From: Euryarchaeota archaeon UBA136
GTDB taxonomy: Archaea > Thermoplasmatota > Poseidoniia > MGIII > CG-Epi1
DNA: 50,965 bases
Reading direction: 5' to 3'
Assembly: GCA_002506485.1 (NCBI GenBank)
Contig: DAXQ01000076.1
Location: forward strand, 1-50,965
In this document: positions 1 to 9,972 of the stretch, one piece after another
How positions within the stretch are numbered: position 1 is the first letter of the stretch
How the letters are laid out: every line of letters starts with the position of its first letter
Program-made: the position numbers and the translations under genes
Notes under the pieces: model-generated
What the model was told of the DNA's origin: nothing
What the model saw: the letters and a program-made list of their open reading frames with translations, nothing else
Databases searched by the model: none

Positions 1-129
1 TCGATTTGGAAGTCTTATATAAAACAATCTCCGTCGAACGACGTATTATTTTGGTAATAATTACAGACCACTATAACTCCGAACGTTTTGCGGTGTAAAG
101 GTAATGATTAAATAGAATTTCTGTTCCCT

Positions 130-876
130 ATGTTCAAGATGACTTACGACGGTACAGAATTATTAATGCTTGTTTTAATAATATCTATATTTACAATAAT
201 TCAATCGTTATTTGGTGTTGGTCTTTTGGTCTTTGGTACACCTACTTTACTGTTGTTGGGATATTCTTTCCCTGAGGCTTTGACTTATCTTCTGCCCTCA
301 TCGATATCAGTAAGTTTTTTCCAAGTTCGCGATCGCTGGGACAAAATCAGTTTGTATAGACTTAATGTATTTTACTTTCTTTTACCTATGGTAGCTATTG
401 GTTTGTTAGTAGTGCTGTATAGTTCAATATTTAATCTATATTTATTGATAGGCATTATGCTCTTATTGACATCAGTTATACGTTTTTCGACCTCTTTAAA
501 TGAATCATTTGCCACTCTTCTTGCCAATAATTTCAAAATAGGACTAGCGATTGTTGGCTTTATTCATGGATTAACTAATCTAGGAGGGGCACCTTTAGTT
601 GCAATCACAACTGGTATCTACAACAAAAAGACAAAAGTACAAGCAAATATTGCTTATGCTTATCTTACTATGGCAGCAGTCCAGACAATAATTTTGATTG
701 CAACTGGCGAATTCATATTTAACATTACTTCTTTACTTTTACCATTTTGTTCAGTAGTAATTTATTTTCTTATAGGAAAACAGGTTTTTGAGAACACAGA
801 TGAAATAATTTATCATCATCTAATGACTTTTTTCATATTTGGATATGGCATACTTTTGATTTTCAATTCATTTTAG
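130..876 (+). CDS. TSUP family (TauE/SafE-like) membrane transporter
   Basis: About 8 hydrophobic segments; N-terminal QSLFGVG motif and second-repeat GFIHGLTNLGGAP motif typical of TSUP; true start may be slightly downstream. Confidence 0.75.
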   Translation: MFKMTYDGTELLMLVLIISIFTIIQSLFGVGLLVFGTPTLLLLGYSFPEALTYLLPSSISVSFFQVRDRWDKISLYRLNVFYFLLPMVAIGLLVVLYSSIFNLYLLIGIMLLLTSVIRFSTSLNESFATLLANNFKIGLAIVGFIHGLTNLGGAPLVAITTGIYNKKTKVQANIAYAYLTMAAVQTIILIATGEFIFNITSLLLPFCSVVIYFLIGKQVFENTDEIIYHHLMTFFIFGYGILLIFNSF

Positions 877-935
877 TATAAAATTTAGTAGCAAAATTAT
901 AATAGGGATTACATGGGATACAAAATAGGTGTAAC

Positions 936-1184
936 GTGTACTGTCGTATGTGTATTGATGTTCATGGGCTGACTCCAACTAGGCTGAACGAGCCAGCGGA
1001 GGCTGAGTTTCTGGTTTCACACTGTTATCAGGCCGATCTGAGGCATAAACACGAGGAGAATCAGGGTTTTGTTCAACCTATGTGTGGCCCTTGTGTGGAA
1101 CGGCTAAGATTAAATTCCGACCTCTACATATTCTCAGTATACAGCCTTAAACTTGAAGAGAGGAATAATCCGGAGGAAAAATAA
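936..1184 (+). CDS. Small putative zinc-binding protein
   Basis: GTG start with AGGTG upstream; CRMC...HC...CGPC; stop overlaps next start (TAATG). Confidence 0.6.
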   Translation: MYCRMCIDVHGLTPTRLNEPAEAEFLVSHCYQADLRHKHEENQGFVQPMCGPCVERLRLNSDLYIFSVYSLKLEERNNPEEK

Positions 1185-1495
1185 TGGGTATAAACCAAGA
1201 AGACTTTGAGAAATTGAATATGCGGGGAATTATTATTTCCTCGATAATGACTGCCTTTGGTCTAGTAGTGGCATTGGCTTGGAAGGACACGATTAATGCT
1301 ACAGTGGCATATTTGATGCCAGATAATGATGATGGCACTCTGAAGGGGATGTACATTACAGCAGTGGCTGTTACTGCCCTGGTTATGGGTCTGGCAATGG
1401 TGGTCCTGAAGCTCAATGTCAGGGTTGAGAAGGAAATTGAGAGAGTCCAGTCCTATTTTGATGACGAGGATGAAGAAGAGAGTAAACAGTCCTAA
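1184..1495 (+). CDS. DUF5654-like two-TM membrane protein
   Basis: TAFGLVVALAWKDTI motif, two TM helices, acidic tail; GGAGG upstream. Confidence 0.7.
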   Translation: MGINQEDFEKLNMRGIIISSIMTAFGLVVALAWKDTINATVAYLMPDNDDGTLKGMYITAVAVTALVMGLAMVVLKLNVRVEKEIERVQSYFDDEDEEESKQS

Positions 1496-1576
1496 GCTGT
1501 TATAGGATCTATAGTAGACCCACCAAAGAACAAAACAACCACAGTATTAAATTAAACAAAGGTGTCAGGGGGGTGT

Positions 1577-1708
1577 ATGAATCTTACAGGTGCAATAATT
1601 AAGCAACTTCCGTGGTGGGCAGTTTTGCTTTTCTTCTTGGCCTTAATCTTGACTGGAATCATAGCGTTATGGTGGCTTTCGCTGACTACCCCTAGCTTTG
1701 TAGCTTAG
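1577..1708 (+). CDS. 43-aa single-TM small protein (not in ORF track): MNLTGAIIKQLPWWAVLLFFLALILTGIIALWWLSLTTPSFVA
   Basis: Manual translation; GGGGGTG SD-like motif immediately upstream; clean hydrophobic helix; fills an intergenic gap. Confidence 0.55.
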   Translation: MNLTGAIIKQLPWWAVLLFFLALILTGIIALWWLSLTTPSFVA

Positions 1709-1740
1709 AGTAGAAGAAAACCGGATGAGGAAGCCTGAGC

Positions 1741-2283
1741 CTATTTCCACTTGATATTACAACCCATCGAGGCGACTTGGTCAAAATCTATCTCGTTACC
1801 ACTTAGAACTGCATCAATGGCCATCCTTAATTCTTCACGTGTTACATTATCAGGTTCTTTCCAGTTATCATCCAGTCTTCCTCTGTATTTCAACTTTCTA
1901 TCCTTATTGTACAGAAAAATATCAGGTGTACATACTGCACTGTATGCCTTTGCTACTTCCTGAGATTCATCGAACAAGTATGGAAAGGGATATGATTTCG
2001 CCCGATGTCTCTCAGCCAATTTTTCTGGGGAATCATCCGGAAAATTCTCTATTTCATTTGAGCTAATCAATACAAAATCGGTTTGATTCTGATAATCATT
2101 TCCTAGGACGATCAAACGATCTTCGACTGCTTTTGCATATGGACAATGATTACAAGTGAAGATAACCACCAATGCATCAGAGTCAAAATCACTCAGACTC
2201 ACGTTCTTACCATTCGTGTCAGGTAAACTGAAACCATGGGCCGGACTTCCTAATTTTACCATCGTAGATTCGGTTAATACCAT
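1741..2283 (-). CDS. Thioredoxin-fold AhpC/TSA-like redoxin
   Basis: FTCNHCPY, AVCTPD and C-terminal SMGCNIKWK motifs; start moved to MVLTES (2283) to leave room for a divergent promoter. Confidence 0.85.
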   Translation of the reverse strand: MVLTESTMVKLGSPAHGFSLPDTNGKNVSLSDFDSDALVVIFTCNHCPYAKAVEDRLIVLGNDYQNQTDFVLISSNEIENFPDDSPEKLAERHRAKSYPFPYLFDESQEVAKAYSAVCTPDIFLYNKDRKLKYRGRLDDNWKEPDNVTREELRMAIDAVLSGNEIDFDQVASMGCNIKWK

Positions 2284-2344
2284 GGAAATTGATACACACC
2301 AGCCATTAAGAACATTTCTTTTAAAGACCCCCAAATAGCGTTGC

Positions 2345-3736
2345 ATGGATGCTTCCCAAGATATCTTCAGGGCATATGATATTCGAGGAGTCTACGGAAC
2401 CGAGCTCGATGCAGAAATAGGAGAGCAGGTTGGGTTGGTTTTTGGTAATTATTTACGTAAGTCTAATAGTCATGGAACTGTTTCCATTGGTTGTGACGCC
2501 CGTATAAGTTCACCTGAATTGCAGGCAGCAGTTTCCAGAGGAATTTCCAGAGCGGGTTTTGATGTCGATGTTATAGGTATGGTTCCTATTCCTGTGGCAA
2601 ATTTCTGTACCTGGAAAGCCAGTCTTGGGGATAAACCATACCTTGCTGGAGTGTACATTACGGCAAGCCATAATCCAGCAGAGTACAATGGCATTCGTTT
2701 CAGACATCCTGATGGTGCTGGATATACTGAAGGTAACATTGAGATCAAAAGAATGTTTTTTGAGGAACCGGCCGAGGATCATTCAGAAACGGGCAACGTC
2801 AATATATTATCTACAGAAGAGGCATTGAAGGATTATACTGATTTTGTAAAGTCAAAGGTAGGTAATCTAGAGGGAATGCGGATTGCACTAGACCCTGGTA
2901 ATGGCGTGGGTAGTTTGATTATCGATGAGATATTTCAGAAATTTGGCGTGGAGACTTCATGCATAAACAATGAACCTGATGGTCGCTTTCCTAATCGGCC
3001 TTCTGAACCAGCACCCAAGAATCTTAGCGAACTTATCGGTTTGGCTAAGAATGAAAAATTCGATTTCAGTGTGGCTTACGATGGTGATGCCGACAGGTGT
3101 GTTTTCATTGATGATGTAGGCCTTCCAGTGACTCCTGAGAAGATTGGTATTATAGTTGCTAAGAGTCTGATAACTCCAGAGTCAAATAAAGTTCTGGCCG
3201 GTGTTCCCTGTTCAATGATTCTGGAAGATGAGATTCCGAAGATAGGTGGAAAATTGATATGGATAAGGGTCGGGGATGTGTTTGTTTGTGAGGAACTCAA
3301 AAAGCATAATGCAGCCTTGGCACTGGAGATATCTGCGCACTTTTTTGCACCCGGATTGACGGATTTCATATTTGATGATCCAATAATATTCAGTCTTAAG
3401 CTCGCTGAATATCTTCACAAAACAGGATCAAATCTATCCCAGCTTTCAAGGGATATTCCATCTTATCCTTATGAGGAGATGAAATTTTCTTGTCCGGATG
3501 CCCTTAAGTTCAAAGTCAATGAATATTTGACAGATTTCTTTTCCAGCAAGGGTTACAAGGTGGAGACAATAGATGGTGTTAAGATCTGGTTAGATGGAGG
3601 TTGGGTTCTATTACGGCCATCAAACACCCAGCCTGTGATGAGGATGTTTGTCGAAGCAATGGACAAACCAGGTCTGGAAAAGATTAAGAGCGAATTCAGA
3701 AGTTACTTTGATGATGCAGTGAGGGCAATTTCGTGA
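2345..3736 (+). CDS. Phosphomannomutase/phosphoglucomutase (alpha-D-phosphohexomutase family)
   Basis: FRAYDIRG, ITASHNP (phosphoserine loop), DGDADR metal loop, RPSNTQP. Confidence 0.92.
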   Translation: MDASQDIFRAYDIRGVYGTELDAEIGEQVGLVFGNYLRKSNSHGTVSIGCDARISSPELQAAVSRGISRAGFDVDVIGMVPIPVANFCTWKASLGDKPYLAGVYITASHNPAEYNGIRFRHPDGAGYTEGNIEIKRMFFEEPAEDHSETGNVNILSTEEALKDYTDFVKSKVGNLEGMRIALDPGNGVGSLIIDEIFQKFGVETSCINNEPDGRFPNRPSEPAPKNLSELIGLAKNEKFDFSVAYDGDADRCVFIDDVGLPVTPEKIGIIVAKSLITPESNKVLAGVPCSMILEDEIPKIGGKLIWIRVGDVFVCEELKKHNAALALEISAHFFAPGLTDFIFDDPIIFSLKLAEYLHKTGSNLSQLSRDIPSYPYEEMKFSCPDALKFKVNEYLTDFFSSKGYKVETIDGVKIWLDGGWVLLRPSNTQPVMRMFVEAMDKPGLEKIKSEFRSYFDDAVRAIS

Positions 3737-4509
3737 TAGATCAGATAGTAGTACCAGATTCTATGACGATTGTTCTAGTTGCTCTTACCAGTCTCCTCAT
3801 ATCTGGAATCGCTTTTTACAAAAAAGTGCTGGATCAGGGAGGTTCGGCTTTAGCATTCTTGATTTGTTTTATATCAGGTACTCTCGGTCATTGGAGCTGG
3901 TTATTACTTCTTCTGATATTTGTTGGCAGTTCTTTCCTAGCTACCAGATTTGCTATTGTTCACAAGATGGCACTGGGTGTTGAGGAAAGTGATGCAGGTA
4001 CCAGAGGCGGTTCTAATGTTGTTTCAAATGGTATTATACCACCTGTTGTGGCTTTAGGATATAGTCTAGGCTTGCTACAACCCGAACAGGCTTTGGTCGC
4101 CTTTACGACATCTATCGCGGCAGCAAGTGCAGATACAATGGCTAGTGAGATAGGGGTACTTTCTCCAAAACCTGTAATGATAATCAGGCCCTGGGAGACT
4201 GTCGAACCCGGCACAGATGGTGGAGTTTCTATAGAGGGAACCATTGCTTCACTGTTGTCATCAGTTTCGATGTCTATGCTATCTTTTGCAGCTTTTGTGC
4301 TAATAATAGAGTCAGACCATTCCCTTTCATTGCCTTTTGAGATAAATTATCTATACATTTCTGCATTCTTTGGTTTTTTTGGCAGTAATATTGATTCTTT
4401 GTTGGGTGCAACCCTAGAAAGTAGGGGTATTTTGGGTAATGGTGGTGTAAATTTCTGTTCAATAGCCCTAACTGTCATACTTTCTCTTGTATTTTTGAGC
4501 ATTTCGTAA
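3733..4509 (+). CDS. DUF92/TIGR00297 membrane protein (COG1836; TMEM19/VTE6-like)
   Basis: RGGSNVVSNG, ADTMASEIG, PGTDGGVS, DSLLGATLE, VNF motifs; GTGA overlap with pmm. Confidence 0.85.
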   Translation: MIDQIVVPDSMTIVLVALTSLLISGIAFYKKVLDQGGSALAFLICFISGTLGHWSWLLLLLIFVGSSFLATRFAIVHKMALGVEESDAGTRGGSNVVSNGIIPPVVALGYSLGLLQPEQALVAFTTSIAAASADTMASEIGVLSPKPVMIIRPWETVEPGTDGGVSIEGTIASLLSSVSMSMLSFAAFVLIIESDHSLSLPFEINYLYISAFFGFFGSNIDSLLGATLESRGILGNGGVNFCSIALTVILSLVFLSIS

Positions 4510-4514
4510 GCATT

Positions 4515-4522
4515 TTTATATA
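4515..4522 (+). promoter_or_regulatory. Archaeal TATA box upstream of thermosome
   Basis: TTTATATA about 34 nt before the ATG at 4556. Confidence 0.55.
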
Positions 4523-4555
4523 AAGGCTTCAAAGCTTGTTATCCTGTGATGTAAT

Positions 4556-6199
4556 ATGATACCAGGAAATACACCGGTTGTAATATTGAAAGAAGGAACA
4601 AAACGTGATAGTGGTCGTAGGGCCACACAAGGCAATATTTTGGCTGCCAAGGCTATCGCTGAAGCTGTAAGATCAACCCTAGGTCCTAAGGGCATGGATA
4701 AGATGCTTGTCGATTCTATGGGGGATGTTGTGATCACGAATGATGGAGTAACTATTCTGAAGGAAATTGAAGTTGAGCATCCTGCCGCTAAAATGGTTGT
4801 TGAAGTGGCCAAGACCCAGGATTCAGAATGTGGTGATGGAACTACTACAGCTGTAATCCTAGCAGGCGAACTACTAAAGAATGCAGAGGAACTACTCGAA
4901 CAGGGAGTACATGCAACTGCAATATCCAATGGTTATCGTAGAGCCGCCAAGGAGTCGGCCAGTATCCTTGAAAAGATAGCAAAACACGTTCGACGTAGTG
5001 ATACAACTGTATTGAAGGCGATCGCCATAACATCAATGACCGGTAAATCATCGGAGGCTCATGCAGACTTTCTAGCTGAGTTGACTGTGAAATCAGTCAG
5101 GTCAGTTGCCGAAGGCCGAGGCAAGACGACAGTGGTTGACCGTGATAATATTAAAATTCAGAAGAAACAGGGCGGTTCTATATCAGATACGGAACTGGTT
5201 TCTGGAATTATAATTGATAAAGAGCCAGTGCATAGCGGGATGCCTAAGAGTATTTCAAATGCCAAGGTGGCTTTAGTCGATGCCCCATTTGAGATTAAAA
5301 AGACCGAAATCGAATCCAAAATCCAGATTAATGATCCTTCCCAGATTCAGGCATTCTTGGATCAGGAAGAGTCGTCTATCAAGAAAATGGTTAATCAGGT
5401 ACATAAATCTGGCGCAAAGGTCCTGATTTGTCAGAAGGGTATTGATGATTTAGCTCAACACTACTTGGCCAAGCATGATATAATGGCAATTCGCAGAGCC
5501 AAGAAGTCAGATATCGAGGCCCTGGCCAAGGCAACTGGTGGAAGAGTGATTTCCAATATTGAAGGATTGAGTAAACAGGATCTGGGATTTGCAGGAGTAG
5601 TTGAAGTCAGGAAAATAGGTGATGATGAGATGACTTTTGTCACGGGTTGTAAGAATCCCAAGGCTGTTTCCATCTTAGTACGTGGGGGAAGTGAGCATGT
5701 AGTGGATGAGATTGATCGTAACCTAGCTGATGCCATCGGCGTAGTTTCCCTTGTTTTCCAGGATGGTAAGATAGTTACCGGGGGAGGAGCAACGGAGATT
5801 GAGTTGGCACTAAAACTGAGAAAGTATGCCCCTAGGGTCGGAGGACGTGAACAAATGGCTATCGAGGCCTTTGCCAAAGCGATGGAAGTAGTTCCAATCA
5901 CTCTGGCTGAGAATGCGGGTCTTGACGTGATTGACACCTTGATGGGTCTACGTAAGGCACATACTAAGAAAGGCAGGAATCAGCATGCTGGTTTAGATGC
6001 ATTTACAGGCAAGGTCGTCAATATGAGGTCGCGCAATGTCGTTGAACCGTTGCGAGTCAAGACACAGGCATTGAGCAGTGCAACTGATGTAGCAACTATG
6101 ATTCTCAGAATCGATGACGTTATTGCTTCGAAACAGCCAGAAGGCCCAGCGCCTGATGGTGGTGACGGTATGGGTGGTATGCCTCCCGGGATGATGTAA
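4556..6199 (+). CDS. ths: Thermosome subunit (group II chaperonin)
   Basis: [39 protein letters not shown] tail. Confidence 0.97.
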   Translation: MIPGNTPVVILKEGTKRDSGRRATQGNILAAKAIAEAVRSTLGPKGMDKMLVDSMGDVVITNDGVTILKEIEVEHPAAKMVVEVAKTQDSECGDGTTTAVILAGELLKNAEELLEQGVHATAISNGYRRAAKESASILEKIAKHVRRSDTTVLKAIAITSMTGKSSEAHADFLAELTVKSVRSVAEGRGKTTVVDRDNIKIQKKQGGSISDTELVSGIIIDKEPVHSGMPKSISNAKVALVDAPFEIKKTEIESKIQINDPSQIQAFLDQEESSIKKMVNQVHKSGAKVLICQKGIDDLAQHYLAKHDIMAIRRAKKSDIEALAKATGGRVISNIEGLSKQDLGFAGVVEVRKIGDDEMTFVTGCKNPKAVSILVRGGSEHVVDEIDRNLADAIGVVSLVFQDGKIVTGGGATEIELALKLRKYAPRVGGREQMAIEAFAKAMEVVPITLAENAGLDVIDTLMGLRKAHTKKGRNQHAGLDAFTGKVVNMRSRNVVEPLRVKTQALSSATDVATMILRIDDVIASKQPEGPAPDGGDGMGGMPPGMM

Positions 6200-6201
6200 C
6201 C

Positions 6202-8862
6202 TCAGTCTCTCGAAGGGTCTTTTGCGTCTGGATTGATATCAAGCGTTTTCAACGCCTTGTCGGCTTTCACTTGGGATATTTTACCTTCACTAAGTAAGGT
6301 GCTTATGGCCGCTGCAGCTATGTGTTCAGCATTCATCTCGAAGAATTTTCTCAGATTCTCTCTTGTATCACTTCTTCCAAATCCATCAGTTCCCAAACTC
6401 ACATACTTTCCAGGCACCCACTGTTCGATCATATCTGGAACTGCTTTCATGTGATCTGTTGCAACTACTGTAATCATTTCATTCTTTCCTAAAACTGTAG
6501 TCACGTATGGTACTTTTGGCTTTTTCATGGGATTCAGTAGATTCCATCTTTCACAGCTCAATGCGTTCCTTCTTAGGCTTCCAAAACTGGTCGCGCTCCA
6601 GATTTCACTCTTGAGACCAAAGCCTTCCAGTATTTTACTGGCTTTCAGTATCTGTTGCATTATGGACCCACTTCCTACTAACCTAATATTTGCACCTTTA
6701 ATACTCTTGAATTTGTATATGCCCCTGAAAATCCCTTTTTCACAATTTTTAGGTATAGAGGGCATTGGATAATTCTCGTTGTACAGGGTTATATAGTAAA
6801 AAAGGTCCTCGTTATTCTCATACATTCTGCGCAATCCTTCTTTGACTATAACTCCTAACTCGTACGCGAAGGCAGGGTCATAGGCTATGCAGTTCGGCAC
6901 GGTCGTTGAGACCAGTAGGCTGTGTCCATCCTGATGTTGCAGTCCTTCTCCGTTCAGAGTTGTCCTGCCCGCCGTTGCCCCCAGCAAGAAACCTCTTGCC
7001 CTTGAGTCCGCAGCGCACCAGATTTGATCTCCAACTCTCTGAAATCCGAACATTGAATAATAGATATAGAATGGAATTGTTGGCTTTCCAACATTGGCAT
7101 ATGCAGTTCCTGCCGCTATAAAACTGCTCATCGCTCCAGCCTCCGATATTCCCTCTTCCAATATCTGGCCACTCTCAGATTCCTTGTAACTCAGAAGGAG
7201 TTCTGAATCTACGGGAGTGTATATCTGACCTTGAGCATTGTAGATCTTGAATTCTGTAAAGAGGGCTTCCATTCCAAAGGTCCTAGCTTCATCAGGAACA
7301 ATTGGGACAATCAAGTTTCCTATTTTTTCATCTTTAATGAGATTGCGAAGCAGACGCACATGGGCCATAGTCGTTGAAACTTCTTGACCTTCTGGTGTCC
7401 CTTTGTCAAATTCAGTGAAGGCTTCTTTGTTGGGCATATGAAATCCACTATAGGTTGCCTTTCTCTTGGGGATGGATCCTTCAAGTTCCTTTCTGTGTTC
7501 CATCAAATATCGGATTTCTTCGCTATCTGCCGCTGGCTTGTAGTAAGGCATATCATCTAATTCTGAATCTGTAAATGGTATCTCGAGTAAATCTCTGAAG
7601 TATTGCCAGTCAGACTTCTCCAAATTCTTTTTCTGATGAGTCACATTTCTAGCTTGGAATCCTTTACCAAGTGCCCATCCTTTGACCGTTTTAGCAAGAA
7701 TTACAGTTGGTTGACCGGTGTGGTTTACCGCCTCCTTATAAGCTGCATAAAGTTTTTGTGAGTCGTGCCCCCCCCTTCTCAATTTAGTCAGTCCCTCGTT
7801 ATCCAGATCCTCTACTAATTTTGTTAGCTCAGGTTCAGGCCCGAAAAACTTTTCGCGGATATAATCACCTGAGGAAGCTGCCAAAGTTTGGTAATCTCCA
7901 TCAACCGTATTTTCCATTTTCCGTAGAAGATGCCCCATCTCATCTTTTTGTAATAAGGGGTCCCAATCCCGGCCCCACAACACTTTGATAACATTCCATC
8001 CCGAGCCTCTGAAAATAGCCTCCAGTTCTTGAATAATCTTTCCATTTCCTCTTACAGGCCCGTCCAATCTTTGTAAATTACAATTAATTACAAACGTCAG
8101 ATTATCAAGTTTTTCTCTATGGGCCAGGTGTAATGCGTGTAGTGTTTCAGGTTCATCACATTCTCCATCCCCTACGAATGCCCAGACTCTACTTTCCGAG
8201 GTGTCTATTATTTCTCTTTCTCTAAGATATCTTAGAAATCTAGCGTGATAAATTGCGTTAGTAGGTCCCAGTCCCATTGAGACGGTTGGGAATTCCCAGA
8301 AATCAGGCATTAATCTAGGGTGAGGATAACTGGAAAGACCTTTTCCAAAGGCCTCTCTCCTGAAATGATCCAGTTGGTCCTCAGTCAATCTGCCTTCTAG
8401 GTATGCCCTTGAGTATATTCCAGGGGATGCATGCCCCTGGAAATATATGAAATCTCCAATTCCTTTATCCTTTCCTTTGAAGAAATGATGAAAACCTACT
8501 TCATAGAGGCTTGCTGCCGAGGCATAAGTTGAGATGTGACCTCCAATTCCTGAAAAATTCTGATTGGCTTTGGAAACCATCATTGCAGCATTCCATCTTA
8601 TAATTCGTCTGATTTTTCTTTCAACAACCTCATCACCAGGATAATCCGGTTCAGATTCAGGTGGTATGGTATTGACATAGGGACTATTTGTCAGAAGGGG
8701 AATTGCTATGTCCCGGTCTCTGGCTTCTCTAATCAAGGTTTGAAGCAAGTAGCGAGCTCTTTCCTTTCCTTTTATGTCTATGACAGATGCAATAGAGTCT
8801 ATCCATTCCTCTGTTTCTTGAGGGTCCCTATCGGGCAATTGCTGCCTATATCCTTTTTTCAT
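6202..8862 (-). CDS. aceE: Pyruvate dehydrogenase E1, homodimeric (AceE type)
   Basis: DPQETEEW, GGHISTYAS, LSSYPHP, TVSMGLGP, GDGECDEPE TPP motif, NCNLQRLDGPVRGNGKIIQELE, GEGLQHQDGHS, GTDGFGRSDTR. Confidence 0.95.
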   Translation of the reverse strand: MKKGYRQQLPDRDPQETEEWIDSIASVIDIKGKERARYLLQTLIREARDRDIAIPLLTNSPYVNTIPPESEPDYPGDEVVERKIRRIIRWNAAMMVSKANQNFSGIGGHISTYASAASLYEVGFHHFFKGKDKGIGDFIYFQGHASPGIYSRAYLEGRLTEDQLDHFRREAFGKGLSSYPHPRLMPDFWEFPTVSMGLGPTNAIYHARFLRYLREREIIDTSESRVWAFVGDGECDEPETLHALHLAHREKLDNLTFVINCNLQRLDGPVRGNGKIIQELEAIFRGSGWNVIKVLWGRDWDPLLQKDEMGHLLRKMENTVDGDYQTLAASSGDYIREKFFGPEPELTKLVEDLDNEGLTKLRRGGHDSQKLYAAYKEAVNHTGQPTVILAKTVKGWALGKGFQARNVTHQKKNLEKSDWQYFRDLLEIPFTDSELDDMPYYKPAADSEEIRYLMEHRKELEGSIPKRKATYSGFHMPNKEAFTEFDKGTPEGQEVSTTMAHVRLLRNLIKDEKIGNLIVPIVPDEARTFGMEALFTEFKIYNAQGQIYTPVDSELLLSYKESESGQILEEGISEAGAMSSFIAAGTAYANVGKPTIPFYIYYSMFGFQRVGDQIWCAADSRARGFLLGATAGRTTLNGEGLQHQDGHSLLVSTTVPNCIAYDPAFAYELGVIVKEGLRRMYENNEDLFYYITLYNENYPMPSIPKNCEKGIFRGIYKFKSIKGANIRLVGSGSIMQQILKASKILEGFGLKSEIWSATSFGSLRRNALSCERWNLLNPMKKPKVPYVTTVLGKNEMITVVATDHMKAVPDMIEQWVPGKYVSLGTDGFGRSDTRENLRKFFEMNAEHIAAAAISTLLSEGKISQVKADKALKTLDINPDAKDPSRD

Positions 8863-8895
8863 ATCTATACTCTTTCTATCATCATCGTATTTATA

Positions 8896-9972
8896 TTATT
8901 TAGATTTGAAGATATTAGTGAATTGCCTGCCTTTTCTTCTTTTGTCCCTTAATTTCTGGCGTACGTATCCAACTAATAATGGAAAGTATACCGTGGCCTC
9001 ACCCCAAACCATCACTTCCTCTATCTCCTTGTCGTTTTTGCCCCATGAAATCGCCTCTTTAAGAGTAGAACCAGACAAGCCCCCATCTCTTACATCAGCC
9101 GTACTTATCTGTATTCCAAATTTGTGTTTATCAACCTCATAACCTAACATTTCAGCCGCCACTACAGCATCCTGTGAATAATTTTTTGGAACTCCACCCC
9201 CAACGACAATAATTCCTGTATCTCCACATTTACTTTTGAGGTATGCCAATTCTCTAAGGTCTTTGATTGAGTCTATACTCATCGTGTTGTGTTCTTCATT
9301 TTGGTGCATGGCCAATCCAATTCCTATTGAAGAATCATTGATGGCAGGAATAAAGATTGGGACTTTCCTCTCGTATGCCGCTTGCATCACACTATCTGTT
9401 ACTCCTTGCGTATTTGATATCCATCTGCCAGCAAATTCCATGAATTCCCTGCTAGAATAGTGACCTTCAGGCATCTCAGCAGCGATCTTCTTGAATGTTA
9501 GATCTACCTGTCTAAGCCCCATTTCATCCAGCAGGTGATCATATACACGATCTATTCCCAATGATTGTAATTCCAGATCATCTTGCTCTGGACCACAAAC
9601 ATAATGTTTGTGTCCTAAGGCTTCCAGCATATCCTGCTCGAACAAGGCTCCCGTACAGACCAAAACGTCAACTAAATTATTTCGAATGGCATCAATGGTT
9701 ATCTGTCTGAGCCCCGCTCCAAATAAACTCCCAGCCAGTGACCATATAATCCCAGTTGGGGAGAGGGATTGTTTGTAATATAAATGTGAAGCCAGGCCTA
9801 GATTCCTGGCCTGGAAACTGGATTTAGCATAGGCATCAATCAAATCTGTTAAGTCTCTAGATTCGCTAATTATTATCTGTTGGACTTCTTTGGACATCAA
9901 TTCTCTCTTTCTTTGGAGTTCGGGTGTTGTAAGCTCAATAGTTGGCAACTCAGGTGTTTTATTTTTTTTCAA
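8896..9972 (-). CDS. dys: Deoxyhypusine synthase family protein
   Basis: SFQARNL, GIDRVYD, PAINDSSIG, GGGVPKN, GGLSGSTLKEAISWGK with the catalytic Lys. Confidence 0.88.
   Translation of the reverse strand: MKKNKTPELPTIELTTPELQRKRELMSKEVQQIIISESRDLTDLIDAYAKSSFQARNLGLASHLYYKQSLSPTGIIWSLAGSLFGAGLRQITIDAIRNNLVDVLVCTGALFEQDMLEALGHKHYVCGPEQDDLELQSLGIDRVYDHLLDEMGLRQVDLTFKKIAAEMPEGHYSSREFMEFAGRWISNTQGVTDSVMQAAYERKVPIFIPAINDSSIGIGLAMHQNEEHNTMSIDSIKDLRELAYLKSKCGDTGIIVVGGGVPKNYSQDAVVAAEMLGYEVDKHKFGIQISTADVRDGGLSGSTLKEAISWGKNDKEIEEVMVWGEATVYFPLLVGYVRQKLRDKRRKGRQFTNIFKSK

Noticed and set aside
1709..1740. ATGAGGA...CTGA resembling C/D box sRNA motifs
   Set aside because: Boxes only a few nt apart, leaving no room for guide sequences
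4516..5937. Minus-strand ORFs of 137, 68 and 158 aa
   Set aside because: Antisense to the thermosome gene
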